Shown here: in pieces, positions 47,667-56,492 of the stretch | How positions within the stretch are numbered: position 1 is the stretch's first letter | How the letters are laid out: each line of letters opens with the position of its first letter | Assembly: GCF_014698145.1 (NCBI RefSeq) | Contig: NZ_JACJSM010000001.1 | Coordinates: 152,633-216,632, forward strand | Reading direction: 5' to 3' | DNA: 64,000 nucleotides | From: Oscillatoria sp. FACHB-1406 | Lineage (GTDB): Bacteria > Cyanobacteriota > Cyanobacteriia > Cyanobacteriales > Spirulinaceae | Made by a program: the position numbers and the translations under genes | Notes under the pieces: model-generated | What the model saw: only the letters and a program-made list of their open reading frames with translations | Told to the model about the DNA's origin: nothing | Database searches by the model: none

Positions 47667-48716
47667 ATGGAAATTTTTGTTAGAAAAACGCCCACTCGAT
47701 TAATCGTTTGGGATATTTCCTGGTTTTTTCTGTTTATGGGTGCAATTTTTACCGGCGGGGGGCTAATTCTACCCATTTTCAATTTTTCGATCGCAACCCT
47801 AACTTGCGATCGCCAATCCTTAACTCCCGCTCGCTGCCAACTGGTAGAACGGGGCTTTCACTCCCCAAAAATTACTGAAATTCCGCTCGATTCGTTGCAA
47901 CAAGCAAGCGTCCGCTCGACTTATGCTGGGAGAGGTCAGAGTTACAGATTGAGCCTTTTAACTCAAACGGGCGAAATTGATTTTCCTCGTACTTCTTTTC
48001 GCGGTCAAAAATATGCGATCGCCGATCTCATTAATACTTTTATTAGAAACCCCAAACAAACTTCCCTAGAAGTCAGTCAAGACGAGCGGCTATTGGGTCT
48101 ATTCTGGGGATTATTTATCTGGATTTTAGGAATACTATTCCTTTTTGGCATTGCCCGCGATGACTGCGAGTTCTTAAGCTGTGACTGCGATACCGAAAGG
48201 AGATTGCTGGTATTAAAACAACGAAATGGGTGGAGAAAGGGAACAATCGAGTATTCCTTAATAGAATGCGATCGCGCGCTTATAGAAACTTCTCACCATA
48301 CCCGCATGACTCGCTGGTTGCAAACGATTAATTATAGTGAATATTCGATCGTTTTATTGTTAAAGTCTGGCGAGCGAATTTGGCTGACAACTTACGAAAC
48401 AGAAATGTTAAAAGGCAAACGAAGAGTCGTTGAGTATATTGCCAAACAACTCAAAAAACTAGAGTCAAGTTTGCCAAAAGAATCGACGAATTTGCAGGCA
48501 TTAGAGCAAGAAATTGCGATTTGGCGCGACGCGATTGCAGTTTCCCCGAATAATGCCGAAGCTCACTATCATTTAGGCTTAGCTTTTTATCGACATCACC
48601 AGCGCCCAGAAGCCTCTCGGAGCCTGCAACGCGCCAAAGCCTTGTTTCAAGATGCCGGTAACGCCCAAAAAGCCACCGAAGTTCAAGACTTTTTGTGGCA
48701 ATCGGGCTTGGAATAA
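47667..48716 (+). CDS. hypothetical membrane protein with a C-terminal TPR-like segment
   Basis: Two predicted TM helices near the N-terminus and a C-terminal NAEAHYHLGLAFYRHHQRPEA TPR-like motif. Confidence 0.4.
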   Translation: MEIFVRKTPTRLIVWDISWFFLFMGAIFTGGGLILPIFNFSIATLTCDRQSLTPARCQLVERGFHSPKITEIPLDSLQQASVRSTYAGRGQSYRLSLLTQTGEIDFPRTSFRGQKYAIADLINTFIRNPKQTSLEVSQDERLLGLFWGLFIWILGILFLFGIARDDCEFLSCDCDTERRLLVLKQRNGWRKGTIEYSLIECDRALIETSHHTRMTRWLQTINYSEYSIVLLLKSGERIWLTTYETEMLKGKRRVVEYIAKQLKKLESSLPKESTNLQALEQEIAIWRDAIAVSPNNAEAHYHLGLAFYRHHQRPEASRSLQRAKALFQDAGNAQKATEVQDFLWQSGLE

Positions 48717-48753
48717 GGGGGACTCGTCTCGCCGCGATCGCGTTTTCGGTACA

Positions 48754-49503
48754 ATGCTCGAAGATTTTGTTATTGTGCGACGCGATCGCTCCACCGCCCC
48801 TATGACCGAAGAAAAACAACTGAGCTTGTTCGAGAGCGCAGACTCAGAACCCGCATCCCCGAAAGCTCCCACCAATTTTGAGGCCATCCCAACTTCTGCA
48901 AGCGTTCCCATTCCCCCCGGAACTTACGCCAACCTCGAACAACTCATTCCCCACTGTCAGGGGTGTCAGCGTTGCCAACTCGGACGCACCCGCATCAATA
49001 CTGTCATCAGTCGCGGCAATCCCCAAGCGGATATCATGATTATCGGCGAAGGCCCCGGACAGCAAGAAGATGAAACCGGACTGCCCTTTGTTGGCAAATC
49101 CGGACAACTGTTAGAGAAAATCTTAGCTTCCGTCGAATTGACCGTAGAAAACGATATTTACATTGCCAACATGGTTAAATGTCGCCCCCCGGGAAACCGC
49201 ACGCCAGAAGCCGCAGAAATTGAAGCTTGCAAACCCTACCTGCTCGAACAAATTCGCCTTGTAGACCCAAAAATTATTCTGTTCGCTGGCGCGACAGCCC
49301 TCAAAGGGTTAACAGGCGATAAACGGGGGATTACAAAAGTTCGAGGTCAATGGTTAGAATGGGACAATCGGCTTTGTATGGCAATTTTTCATCCCGCTTA
49401 TCTGCTACGCAACCCTTCTGCGGAAAAGGGCAGTCCGAAATGGTTAATGTGGCAAGATATTCGCGAAATCCGCTCTCGCTGTGACGAGTTGCGCGCGAGT
49501 TAG
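48754..49503 (+). CDS. uracil-DNA glycosylase, family 4
   Basis: CQGCQRCQL (Fe-S cysteines), GEGPGQQEDETGLPFVGKSGQLL and HPAYLLRNP motifs. The start was chosen at MLEDF; the listed ORF starts upstream and overlaps the previous gene. Confidence 0.8.
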   Translation: MLEDFVIVRRDRSTAPMTEEKQLSLFESADSEPASPKAPTNFEAIPTSASVPIPPGTYANLEQLIPHCQGCQRCQLGRTRINTVISRGNPQADIMIIGEGPGQQEDETGLPFVGKSGQLLEKILASVELTVENDIYIANMVKCRPPGNRTPEAAEIEACKPYLLEQIRLVDPKIILFAGATALKGLTGDKRGITKVRGQWLEWDNRLCMAIFHPAYLLRNPSAEKGSPKWLMWQDIREIRSRCDELRAS

Positions 49504-49662
49504 CAAGCGGCAAGCTTGGGGGAACGTAACGACTGTAAGCGCTTGAATAAGTCAGCGTCGGGCTAAATTCAGGGCAACGCACCCCACTTTTTCGGGTGAA
49601 ATGCTTGTGCTAACATCCACGCTATCTCACTCTGCAATTTCCTCTCGTTTGAGAATAAACTC

Positions 49663-50451
49663 ATGCCTGTTCCCCATGTCGTCCCCTCGATTCTCGAAAG
49701 CAGTAAACTCAGTCCCATGTTTGATAAAATTCCGGCTGAAGTCAGACAATGGGCTGAAAGTTTAGACTGGAAACAACGTCGCTATCTTCTTTCTCTGTGC
49801 TATTTACTCTGTTCGGCTTCTCCCGACGTACAAATTGATTTTTTAGATGAATATACGGCGGATGGGCTGATTGCTAAGATCGTTGAAGACTACGATACGC
49901 AAAAAAAAGTTCAGTCTTATCTCGATCGATTTCATATCGATACTCAATTGAGCTTAGATTTGCTGAGGAATTATATTCGTCAGTTTTATATTCACTCCGC
50001 CCAGGATGTTCGTCGCAAGCCCGGTCGATATCTCGAATCCGCTTTGCGATTGGGAATTAATCCAAAAGAAAAAAACTACGTTCTGAATTACATTTTAGGA
50101 TTCGAGGTTCTTAAAATGTTGTTTAAAATGAGTTGGATGCAACACGAAAAGCTCTATTTGTTGCAAGCCAACCAAGAAGAGTTTTATTTAAGGTATATCA
50201 AACCCATCCAAAATACGCATCAACTGAATGGAATCATTAATCCGAAAGACCGCAAACTTTTTTTTGCTAAAAGAAGTTATTTTGTGGAAATTCCTCAAAT
50301 TGGGGAAAAGAAATTAGTCGAGTTGGTCATGGTGACTTTTGTTACCGATATTGTCAGTCATTTGGGTTTTTCAATCGTGCGTAATATCAATCATGTAACC
50401 TTTGATTACAACTATATTTTTGAACCCGAACTCGAAGGCGCTGTGAATTAG
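49663..50451 (+). CDS. hypothetical protein
   Basis: 262-aa ORF, AT-richer than its neighbours. No family recognised. Confidence 0.35.
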   Translation: MPVPHVVPSILESSKLSPMFDKIPAEVRQWAESLDWKQRRYLLSLCYLLCSASPDVQIDFLDEYTADGLIAKIVEDYDTQKKVQSYLDRFHIDTQLSLDLLRNYIRQFYIHSAQDVRRKPGRYLESALRLGINPKEKNYVLNYILGFEVLKMLFKMSWMQHEKLYLLQANQEEFYLRYIKPIQNTHQLNGIINPKDRKLFFAKRSYFVEIPQIGEKKLVELVMVTFVTDIVSHLGFSIVRNINHVTFDYNYIFEPELEGAVN

Positions 50452-50586
50452 TCGAGGAGCGGTTGAAAACATCGGGCGTGTTGATGAGTTTTGAGATTTG
50501 AGATTGCTGTAAGACGGCTAGACTTGGTAGTATCGAAAAGGAGTAATCCCTAATAAATTTAAAAGTCTCACCTCGAGAAACCCTAC

Positions 50587-51762
50587 ATGAGTGTAAACTT
50601 TGCAGCAAATGCGCCCCACGGCGGTCGTTTAGTCAATCGCATTGCTAGCGAAACCGAACGTCAAGAGTTCTTAGCGCAGGCAGAACAATTACCGCGAGTT
50701 CAACTCGACGAACGGGCCACCTCCGATTTAGTTACAATCGCGATCGGCGCGTTAAGCCCCCTGTGCGGCTTTATGGAACAGAAAGACTACGAGAGTGTAG
50801 TCGATAATATGCGGCTTGCCAATGGCTTGCCTTGGTCGATTCCTGTCACGCTTTCGGTGACAGAAGAAGTTGCCGATACGCTCCAAGAGGGCAACTGGGT
50901 GCGTTTGGACGATCCGACGGGACGGTTCATCGGGGTGTTAGAGTTAACGCAAAAGTATCGCTACAACAAGGCTCACGAAGCAATTAACGTCTACCGTACT
51001 GAAGAGACGAAACATCCCGGCGTAAAAGCGATTTACGACCAGGGACCGATTAATTTAGCCGGTCCGATTTGGCTCTTGGAACGCGATTCCCATCCCCTTT
51101 TCCCAACTTACCAGATCGATCCGGCGGAATCGCGCCGAATGTTTAAGGAAAAAGGCTGGAAAACGGTCGTTGGTTTCCAAACTCGCAATCCCATCCACCG
51201 CGCCCACGAATACATCCAAAAATGCGCTTTAGAAATCGTTGACGGTTTATTTTTGCATCCTCTCGTCGGCGTGACGAAGAGTGACGATATCCCGGCTGAC
51301 GTGCGGATGCGCTGCTATGAAATTATGGTGGAGCATTATTTCCCAAAGGATCGAGTTATTTTGGCGATTAATCCTTGCTCGATGCGCTATGCAGGACCTC
51401 GGGAGGCGATTTTCCACGCCCTAGTGCGCAAAAATTATGGCTGCACGCATTTTATCGTCGGTCGCGACCATGCGGGGGTTGGCGATTATTACGGCACTTA
51501 CGACGCTCAATACATTTTTGATGAGTTTGAACCGGCAGAGTTGGGAATTGTGCCGATGATGTTTGAACACGCTTTTTACTGTAAGGTGACGGAGCAGATG
51601 GCGACGAAGAAAACCAGTCCGAGTACGCCAGAACAGCGGGTGCATTTGTCGGGAACGAAGGTGCGCGAGATGTTGCGTCGGGGCGAGTTGCCGCCGCCGC
51701 AGTTCTCGCGTCCGGAAGTGGCGGCGGAGTTGGCTAAAGCGATGCAAGCAATGGCAGAATAG
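50587..51762 (+). CDS. sat: sulfate adenylyltransferase (ATP sulfurylase)
   Basis: [11 protein letters not shown] and GRDHAGV motifs; 391 aa. Confidence 0.9.
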   Translation: MSVNFAANAPHGGRLVNRIASETERQEFLAQAEQLPRVQLDERATSDLVTIAIGALSPLCGFMEQKDYESVVDNMRLANGLPWSIPVTLSVTEEVADTLQEGNWVRLDDPTGRFIGVLELTQKYRYNKAHEAINVYRTEETKHPGVKAIYDQGPINLAGPIWLLERDSHPLFPTYQIDPAESRRMFKEKGWKTVVGFQTRNPIHRAHEYIQKCALEIVDGLFLHPLVGVTKSDDIPADVRMRCYEIMVEHYFPKDRVILAINPCSMRYAGPREAIFHALVRKNYGCTHFIVGRDHAGVGDYYGTYDAQYIFDEFEPAELGIVPMMFEHAFYCKVTEQMATKKTSPSTPEQRVHLSGTKVREMLRRGELPPPQFSRPEVAAELAKAMQAMAE

Positions 51763-51772
51763 GTTTAATTAA

Positions 51773-51847
51773 TAATTCGTAATTCGTAATTCGTAATTCG
51801 TAATTCGTAATTCGTAATTCGTAGTTCGTAGTTCGTAGTTCGTAATG
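51773..51847. repeat. STRR-like heptanucleotide tandem repeat (TAATTCG)x7 then (TAGTTCG)x3, with an inverted partial copy at 51902-51920
   Basis: aataattcgtaattcgtaattcg...gtagttcgtagttcgtagttcgtaatg. Downstream, cgttacgaattacgaattg is its reverse complement. The heptamer matches the repeat at 10988-11017. Confidence 0.85.
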
Positions 51848-52121
51848 AGGGGTTTTATGCCTCTTAATTGCTTGAGGTTTGCGATCGCGATACGGATGGA
51901 GCGTTACGAATTACGAATTGCCGTTCTCTATTTACCGAAAAGAGACTAGGACTCAACAGAGCAATTAACGACTCCGAACGTTATAGCATTTTTCGTTTGC
52001 GTGAGGTATACAGTGCGGGCGAATACCATTCGCCCCTACTCATCTAATTTCAATTTTTGTACCTCATCCATTGGAAAAACGCTATATCCATCATCCATTA
52101 TTCAAGACGTTATCCATTGTC

Positions 52122-52235
52122 GAATGGCACTGACTTAAGGCTGGTGGGCGCTGCCCACCCTACGAAATTATCTGTAGAGACGTTGTATACAACGTCTCTA
52201 CGGGCGATTTTTCAACTCTTATTTCAGCGCCATTC
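52122..52235. mobile_element. MITE family A, intact copy 2 (flanked by 10-bp direct duplications)
   Basis: GAATGGCACTGA...TCAGCGCCATTC, with flanks atccattgtc / atccattgtc. The internal sequence is nearly identical to copy 1. Confidence 0.75.
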
Positions 52236-52293
52236 ATCCATTGTCCATTGTTCATTATCAATTACTTAAGACGTTATCCATTATCAATTAGAA

Positions 52294-52683
52294 CTATTCT
52301 TCTTCATCAAAGGTGTAGCCTCGTTCTTCTCGCTCTTGGCTTAAGCGGTTGAGTAGGTGAACCATATTATGCCCCCGTTCTAGGGAACGATCTTCAATGA
52401 ACATTACTTCTGGGGTTCGGCGCAAGCGGATGCGATGTCCGAGTTCGCGCCGAACAAAGCCGGTTGAGGAGATTAAACCTTCCATTGTCTCCGCCTTAGC
52501 TTCTTCGGTTCCGTAGATACTGACAAAGATTCTCGCGTGTTGCAAGTCGCCGGAAACATCGACTTCGGTGATGCTTACCATCCCTGCACCGACGCGATCG
52601 TCTTTAATATCGTGGAGTAGCATCAAACTGACTTCGCGCTCGATCGCCGAAGCAACTCGAGCGACGCGACGATTAGTAGCCAT
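52294..52683 (-). CDS. rbfA: ribosome-binding factor A
   Basis: [50 protein letters not shown]. Confidence 0.85.
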   Translation of the reverse strand: MATNRRVARVASAIEREVSLMLLHDIKDDRVGAGMVSITEVDVSGDLQHARIFVSIYGTEEAKAETMEGLISSTGFVRRELGHRIRLRRTPEVMFIEDRSLERGHNMVHLLNRLSQEREERGYTFDEEE

Positions 52684-52770
52684 GACTTCGGCCTCGAAAA
52701 AGAATTATACGATTACCACAGCAGTCCTTAACCAATCCGCGCGGGCGGCTGAGGATATGCCTTTTCTAGT

Positions 52771-52974
52771 CTAGACGGTTGCTAGACCCAGCATGGCGCG
52801 CAGTGTAAAAAATATAAACAAAAATCCCGCCGCTAGCATTCCGAAAAACGCGATCGCCGTAACGCGATTTTTCAACAAGGGTTTAAACCACTCGTAGACG
52901 GAGTAAAAAATTCCCAGCGTAATCGTAATAAAGAAGCGCGGAAAGCGCAAAAGATTTTCAAAAAAGTCTCTCAT
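52771..52974 (-). CDS. small conserved membrane protein (DUF751-like)
   Basis: 67 aa with two hydrophobic helices (FFITITLGIFYSVYEW; AIAFFGMLAAGFLFIFFTL). Confidence 0.35.
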   Translation of the reverse strand: MRDFFENLLRFPRFFITITLGIFYSVYEWFKPLLKNRVTAIAFFGMLAAGFLFIFFTLRAMLGLATV

Positions 52975-53241
52975 GGTGGGCAGCCTGCAATCTCAGTTCC
53001 ATAGTATAGCAGCGCTTCGACCTTCTCTGCCTTCGTCAGGGCGGCGATTCAGCAGGTCGCGGTACAAAAAACACCGCAGTAGGGTTGAAGCCGCCGTCCA
53101 AACTCCGCCGTTGCCCGCGCTACAAAAGCTTAAGGTTTGCTTTATAAATCGCTTCGGGTTGCTCCGTTTTGTCCTCGCCTCCCAAGCCCACAGAAAGCGT
53201 CTAAAATGAACTAATATTCTGAAGTTAAGAAAGGAGCGCTC

Positions 53242-53901
53242 TTGCTAACTTTTTATTATAATCCTATTTCGACAAACGCTCGTAGAGTCTGGGTTGCCTT
53301 GCTCGAAAAAAAGCTTCAGTTTCAACCGATTTTAGTCAATTTTGAAGGCGATGGCTTGGGCGATGAATTTCTGGAAATTAATCCTTTTAAGCGCATTCCC
53401 GTTCTTGTCGATAATGGCTTACGAGTATTTGAATCGCTGGCAATTCTCGACTATCTGGAAGCAAAATATCCAACCCCGGCTTTAATGCCGATCGCGCCGG
53501 AAGAAGTTGCGATCTCGCGCATGGTACAAATGATTGCGGTTAACGAGCTTCAACCAGCAACCCTTATTTTAATGCAGCCTTTAGTCGGGCTGGAGATCGA
53601 TTCGCAAAAGGAAAAAGCTGCCCGAGAAAGAATCGATCTGACTTTGCAGTTTTATGAAAGTTTACTCGATCGCGGCTCCTATTTTACTGGCTCCGAAATT
53701 AGCTTAGCCGATATTGTCGCTGGCACTTTAGTTGGCTCTTTATCGTTTATGGGGTTTTCCTTCGATGCTTACCCAAACCTCATGGCTTGGACGGAACGCC
53801 TTGCAGCACGGGAAAGTTGGCAACAAACCACTCCAGATCCGGGAATGGTGGAAGCAGCGTTACCGACGATCAAAAAAATTTTAGAGCGACGGGCGCGATA
53901 A
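53242..53901 (+). CDS. glutathione S-transferase
   Basis: GST N-terminal thioredoxin-like fold (MLTFYYNPISTNARRVWVALLEK...IPVLVDNGLRVFESLAILDYLE) plus a GST C-terminal domain. Confidence 0.8.
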   Translation: MLTFYYNPISTNARRVWVALLEKKLQFQPILVNFEGDGLGDEFLEINPFKRIPVLVDNGLRVFESLAILDYLEAKYPTPALMPIAPEEVAISRMVQMIAVNELQPATLILMQPLVGLEIDSQKEKAARERIDLTLQFYESLLDRGSYFTGSEISLADIVAGTLVGSLSFMGFSFDAYPNLMAWTERLAARESWQQTTPDPGMVEAALPTIKKILERRAR

Positions 53902-53984
53902 ATTATAGCCTTTAGCAGAGCGGTTACGATATTCGCTAGCTTGGTGGATATTGCCAATTTTTTGCGCTTTTTTGGGGATTTCAG

Positions 53985-54150
53985 CCAAGGGATGAAAAAC
54001 GTTATAACCTCCTGTCGGGATATACGGTGCGTTACGCTGTCGCTAACGCACCCTACTTTCTAGACCTCAAGCCGATGAAAAACGTTATAACATTCGGTTG
54101 AGATGTACATGGTGCGTTACGCTGCCGCTAACGCACCCTACTTTCTTAAA
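53985..54150. repeat. two tandem ~75-bp family-B hairpin repeat units
   Basis: GATGAAAAACGTTATAAC...GGTGCGTTACGCTG(T/C)CGCTAACGCACCCTACTTTCT occurs twice. It is followed by the run (TTTTA)(TTTTTA)(TTTTTTA)(TTTTTTA)(TTTTTA)(TTTTTA)(TTC). Confidence 0.8.
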
Positions 54151-54221
54151 GCCGATGCCAGTTTAATTTTTTATTTTTTATTTTTTATTTTTTAATTTTT
54201 AATTCAAACGTCTTTTGTGCT

Positions 54222-54995
54222 TTAAGGAAATTCTCGCTTGCGCACGTCGTTGGCGAAGGATTGCACGGCTTGAGTCGCGATACCGCGCAAGTCGGCATAA
54301 GCTGGGGCAAAGGGGGGTTGTTTGGGCGATAAACCGAGTAAGTCGGCGGTAACTAACACTTGTCCGTCGCAATGCGATCCCGCACCGATACCGATGGTGG
54401 GAATGGGGATTTTTTCGGTGATTTTTGCGGCTAAGTCGGCGGGGATATGTTCGAGGACGATCGCGAAGGCTCCAGCTTCAGCTAGCGCGATCGCTTCGTG
54501 TAAAATGCGATCGGCATCTTCTGAGGTTTTCCCCTGTTGGCGGTAGCCGAGGCGATGCACGGATTGCGGCGTAAGTCCGACGTGACCCATGACGGGAATG
54601 CCCGCTAGGACGAGGTTGGCGACGGTTTGCGCGATCGCGGGATATCCCCCCTCTAACTTCACCGCCTGCACCCCCGCTTCCTTCAATAATCGCCCCGCAG
54701 AACGCATCGCTTGGGCGGTACTTTCTTGGTAAGTGAGGAAGGGCAGATCGGCGACAACAAGGGCTTGTTTTACGCCGCGTCGCACGGCAGACGCATGGTG
54801 GATGACTTCTTCGAGGGTAAGCGGTAAGGTGGTGGCATGGCCTAAAGCGACCATTGCCATCGAATCGCCGACGAGAACGACATCGATTCCAGCTTCGTCT
54901 AAAATTTGCGCGATCGCCCAATCCCAAGCCGTCAGCGCGACGATTGCGCGTCCTTCTTGCTTCCAGCGAATGAGTTGTTGGGTGGTAACAGGCAC
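54222..54995 (-). CDS. panB: 3-methyl-2-oxobutanoate hydroxymethyltransferase
   Basis: [35 protein letters not shown]... with a KPHMT fold. Confidence 0.9.
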   Translation of the reverse strand: MPVTTQQLIRWKQEGRAIVALTAWDWAIAQILDEAGIDVVLVGDSMAMVALGHATTLPLTLEEVIHHASAVRRGVKQALVVADLPFLTYQESTAQAMRSAGRLLKEAGVQAVKLEGGYPAIAQTVANLVLAGIPVMGHVGLTPQSVHRLGYRQQGKTSEDADRILHEAIALAEAGAFAIVLEHIPADLAAKITEKIPIPTIGIGAGSHCDGQVLVTADLLGLSPKQPPFAPAYADLRGIATQAVQSFANDVRKREFP

Positions 54996-55165
54996 GATCT
55001 AAAATCCGGTTGAACGATCTAAGTTAAGGGTGACGGGGTGACGGGGTGAGAGAAATTCTAACAGTCGTTTAAGTGTTTATTATTCACCATTCCCCAGTCA
55101 TTATTCACTATTCATTATTCATTAAACTGGGGTGACGGGGTGACTCAGTTGGTTATTCGCGATCT

Positions 55166-55185
55166 AATGGCACTGACTTAAGGCA
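55166..55185. repeat. left-end fragment of MITE family A
   Basis: AATGGCACTGACTTAAGGC matches the first ~20 bp of the MITE, then diverges. Confidence 0.5.
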
Positions 55186-55247
55186 GGCAAATCCAGGCGA
55201 TCGCCCGCCCTTTTAGACTGGCTGAATTTTCGCTAAAGTCCCGTTAT

Positions 55248-56453
55248 TTAGCTTGCCATTTCTGACGGTCGAAAATTTGCCGGATCTTGATCCCGGCGAT
55301 GTTGGAGGGGAATGGGTGGCCCTTGTCCGTCGCCTGCTAAAGCTGCTGTGGCTTCTAGGGCTTCTCGAAAGCGGCGGGCGGCATAGATCGACATATCGCG
55401 AGGAACGTTGACGCGATCGCGCAAATACCGCAATCCCACATCGCTACCGGGCGGCGGCGTACAAGCTTCTCCCGTCATCATTAATGTTAGCGCGCAACGC
55501 AGTGCTTCATCAAAAGCACCGTCCTCCATCGGATTGACGCGCGTCATGTTTTTATAATGCTTAATCGCCCGTTGCAAGGCTTCTTGTCGCGAGGTTTCCG
55601 GTTCCGGGTACATCACCTCCGGCAATCCGTCCCACGGGCCATTATCTACCCGCGCTTTATTGGCAAGCATTTGCGGTTCGCCATTTTCATAGCATCCTCC
55701 CATCTGCGGCGGTAAGTCGTGGACGTGGGTATGAAAATCGCTTTGCGTCCCTCGATACGTCGGGCGGCTTTCCATTGCCGCAAACCAATCTTTCAAACGG
55801 GGATTTTCCTCGCGCAAGGAATAGCCTTTGTAGTAGTACAAACTGGCGTTCATTCGCTCGACGTAGGGCGTAAAAACGGGTTCGACGACGCTAAATTCTT
55901 CGAGGAAATAAGGTCCGGGCGTACTGGCTAAAGCTTTTTCGACTTCGGCTACAACTGCAACAAAGCGTTCTCGGTTGTTCTGTTCTGCCCGCACCGAACT
56001 TCTGGGGTAGCACAACCAAGAACACCACGCCCGAAATAACAGCCGTTCCAACCGTCGCAGGGGAATCACTTTTGCATCTTCCATACTCCACCCTAACGGC
56101 CCGAATGCCTGTTCTAGCGCCATTAAAATATCGTCGCTTTCGGTAATCAGGCGATCGTCTAACGCTAAGGCGGGCAGCATTCCGGAGGGAACTTTACGCT
56201 TGTACCAACTTTCCTTGGTTCCATAGCAGAACATTGTAACTTTGTCAATGCGGTAAGGAATTTGTTTTTCCTCCAACCACAACCAAACCTTTTGGCAATA
56301 GGGACACCAAGCGTGGTTATCGCGATAGAGCGTCACTCGCACGTCGGATTCGGAATGTCCGAACAGGCGCAAGCGAGATTGAGAATTGGTCGGCCCGTTG
56401 ACGCGATCGATGTTAAAGTCTGTTAGCGCTTCTAGTTCCGTCCAACTTAACAT
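55248..56453 (-). CDS. glutaredoxin/GST-like thioredoxin-fold protein with a long C-terminal extension
   Basis: CPYC active-site motif in an N-terminal thioredoxin-like fold, followed by a GST-C-like helical region; 401 aa. Confidence 0.55.
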   Translation of the reverse strand: MLSWTELEALTDFNIDRVNGPTNSQSRLRLFGHSESDVRVTLYRDNHAWCPYCQKVWLWLEEKQIPYRIDKVTMFCYGTKESWYKRKVPSGMLPALALDDRLITESDDILMALEQAFGPLGWSMEDAKVIPLRRLERLLFRAWCSWLCYPRSSVRAEQNNRERFVAVVAEVEKALASTPGPYFLEEFSVVEPVFTPYVERMNASLYYYKGYSLREENPRLKDWFAAMESRPTYRGTQSDFHTHVHDLPPQMGGCYENGEPQMLANKARVDNGPWDGLPEVMYPEPETSRQEALQRAIKHYKNMTRVNPMEDGAFDEALRCALTLMMTGEACTPPPGSDVGLRYLRDRVNVPRDMSIYAARRFREALEATAALAGDGQGPPIPLQHRRDQDPANFRPSEMAS

Positions 56454-56492
56454 TTAAATTCCTCAAAAAAACGGGGAGTCTACTTAAAAATC

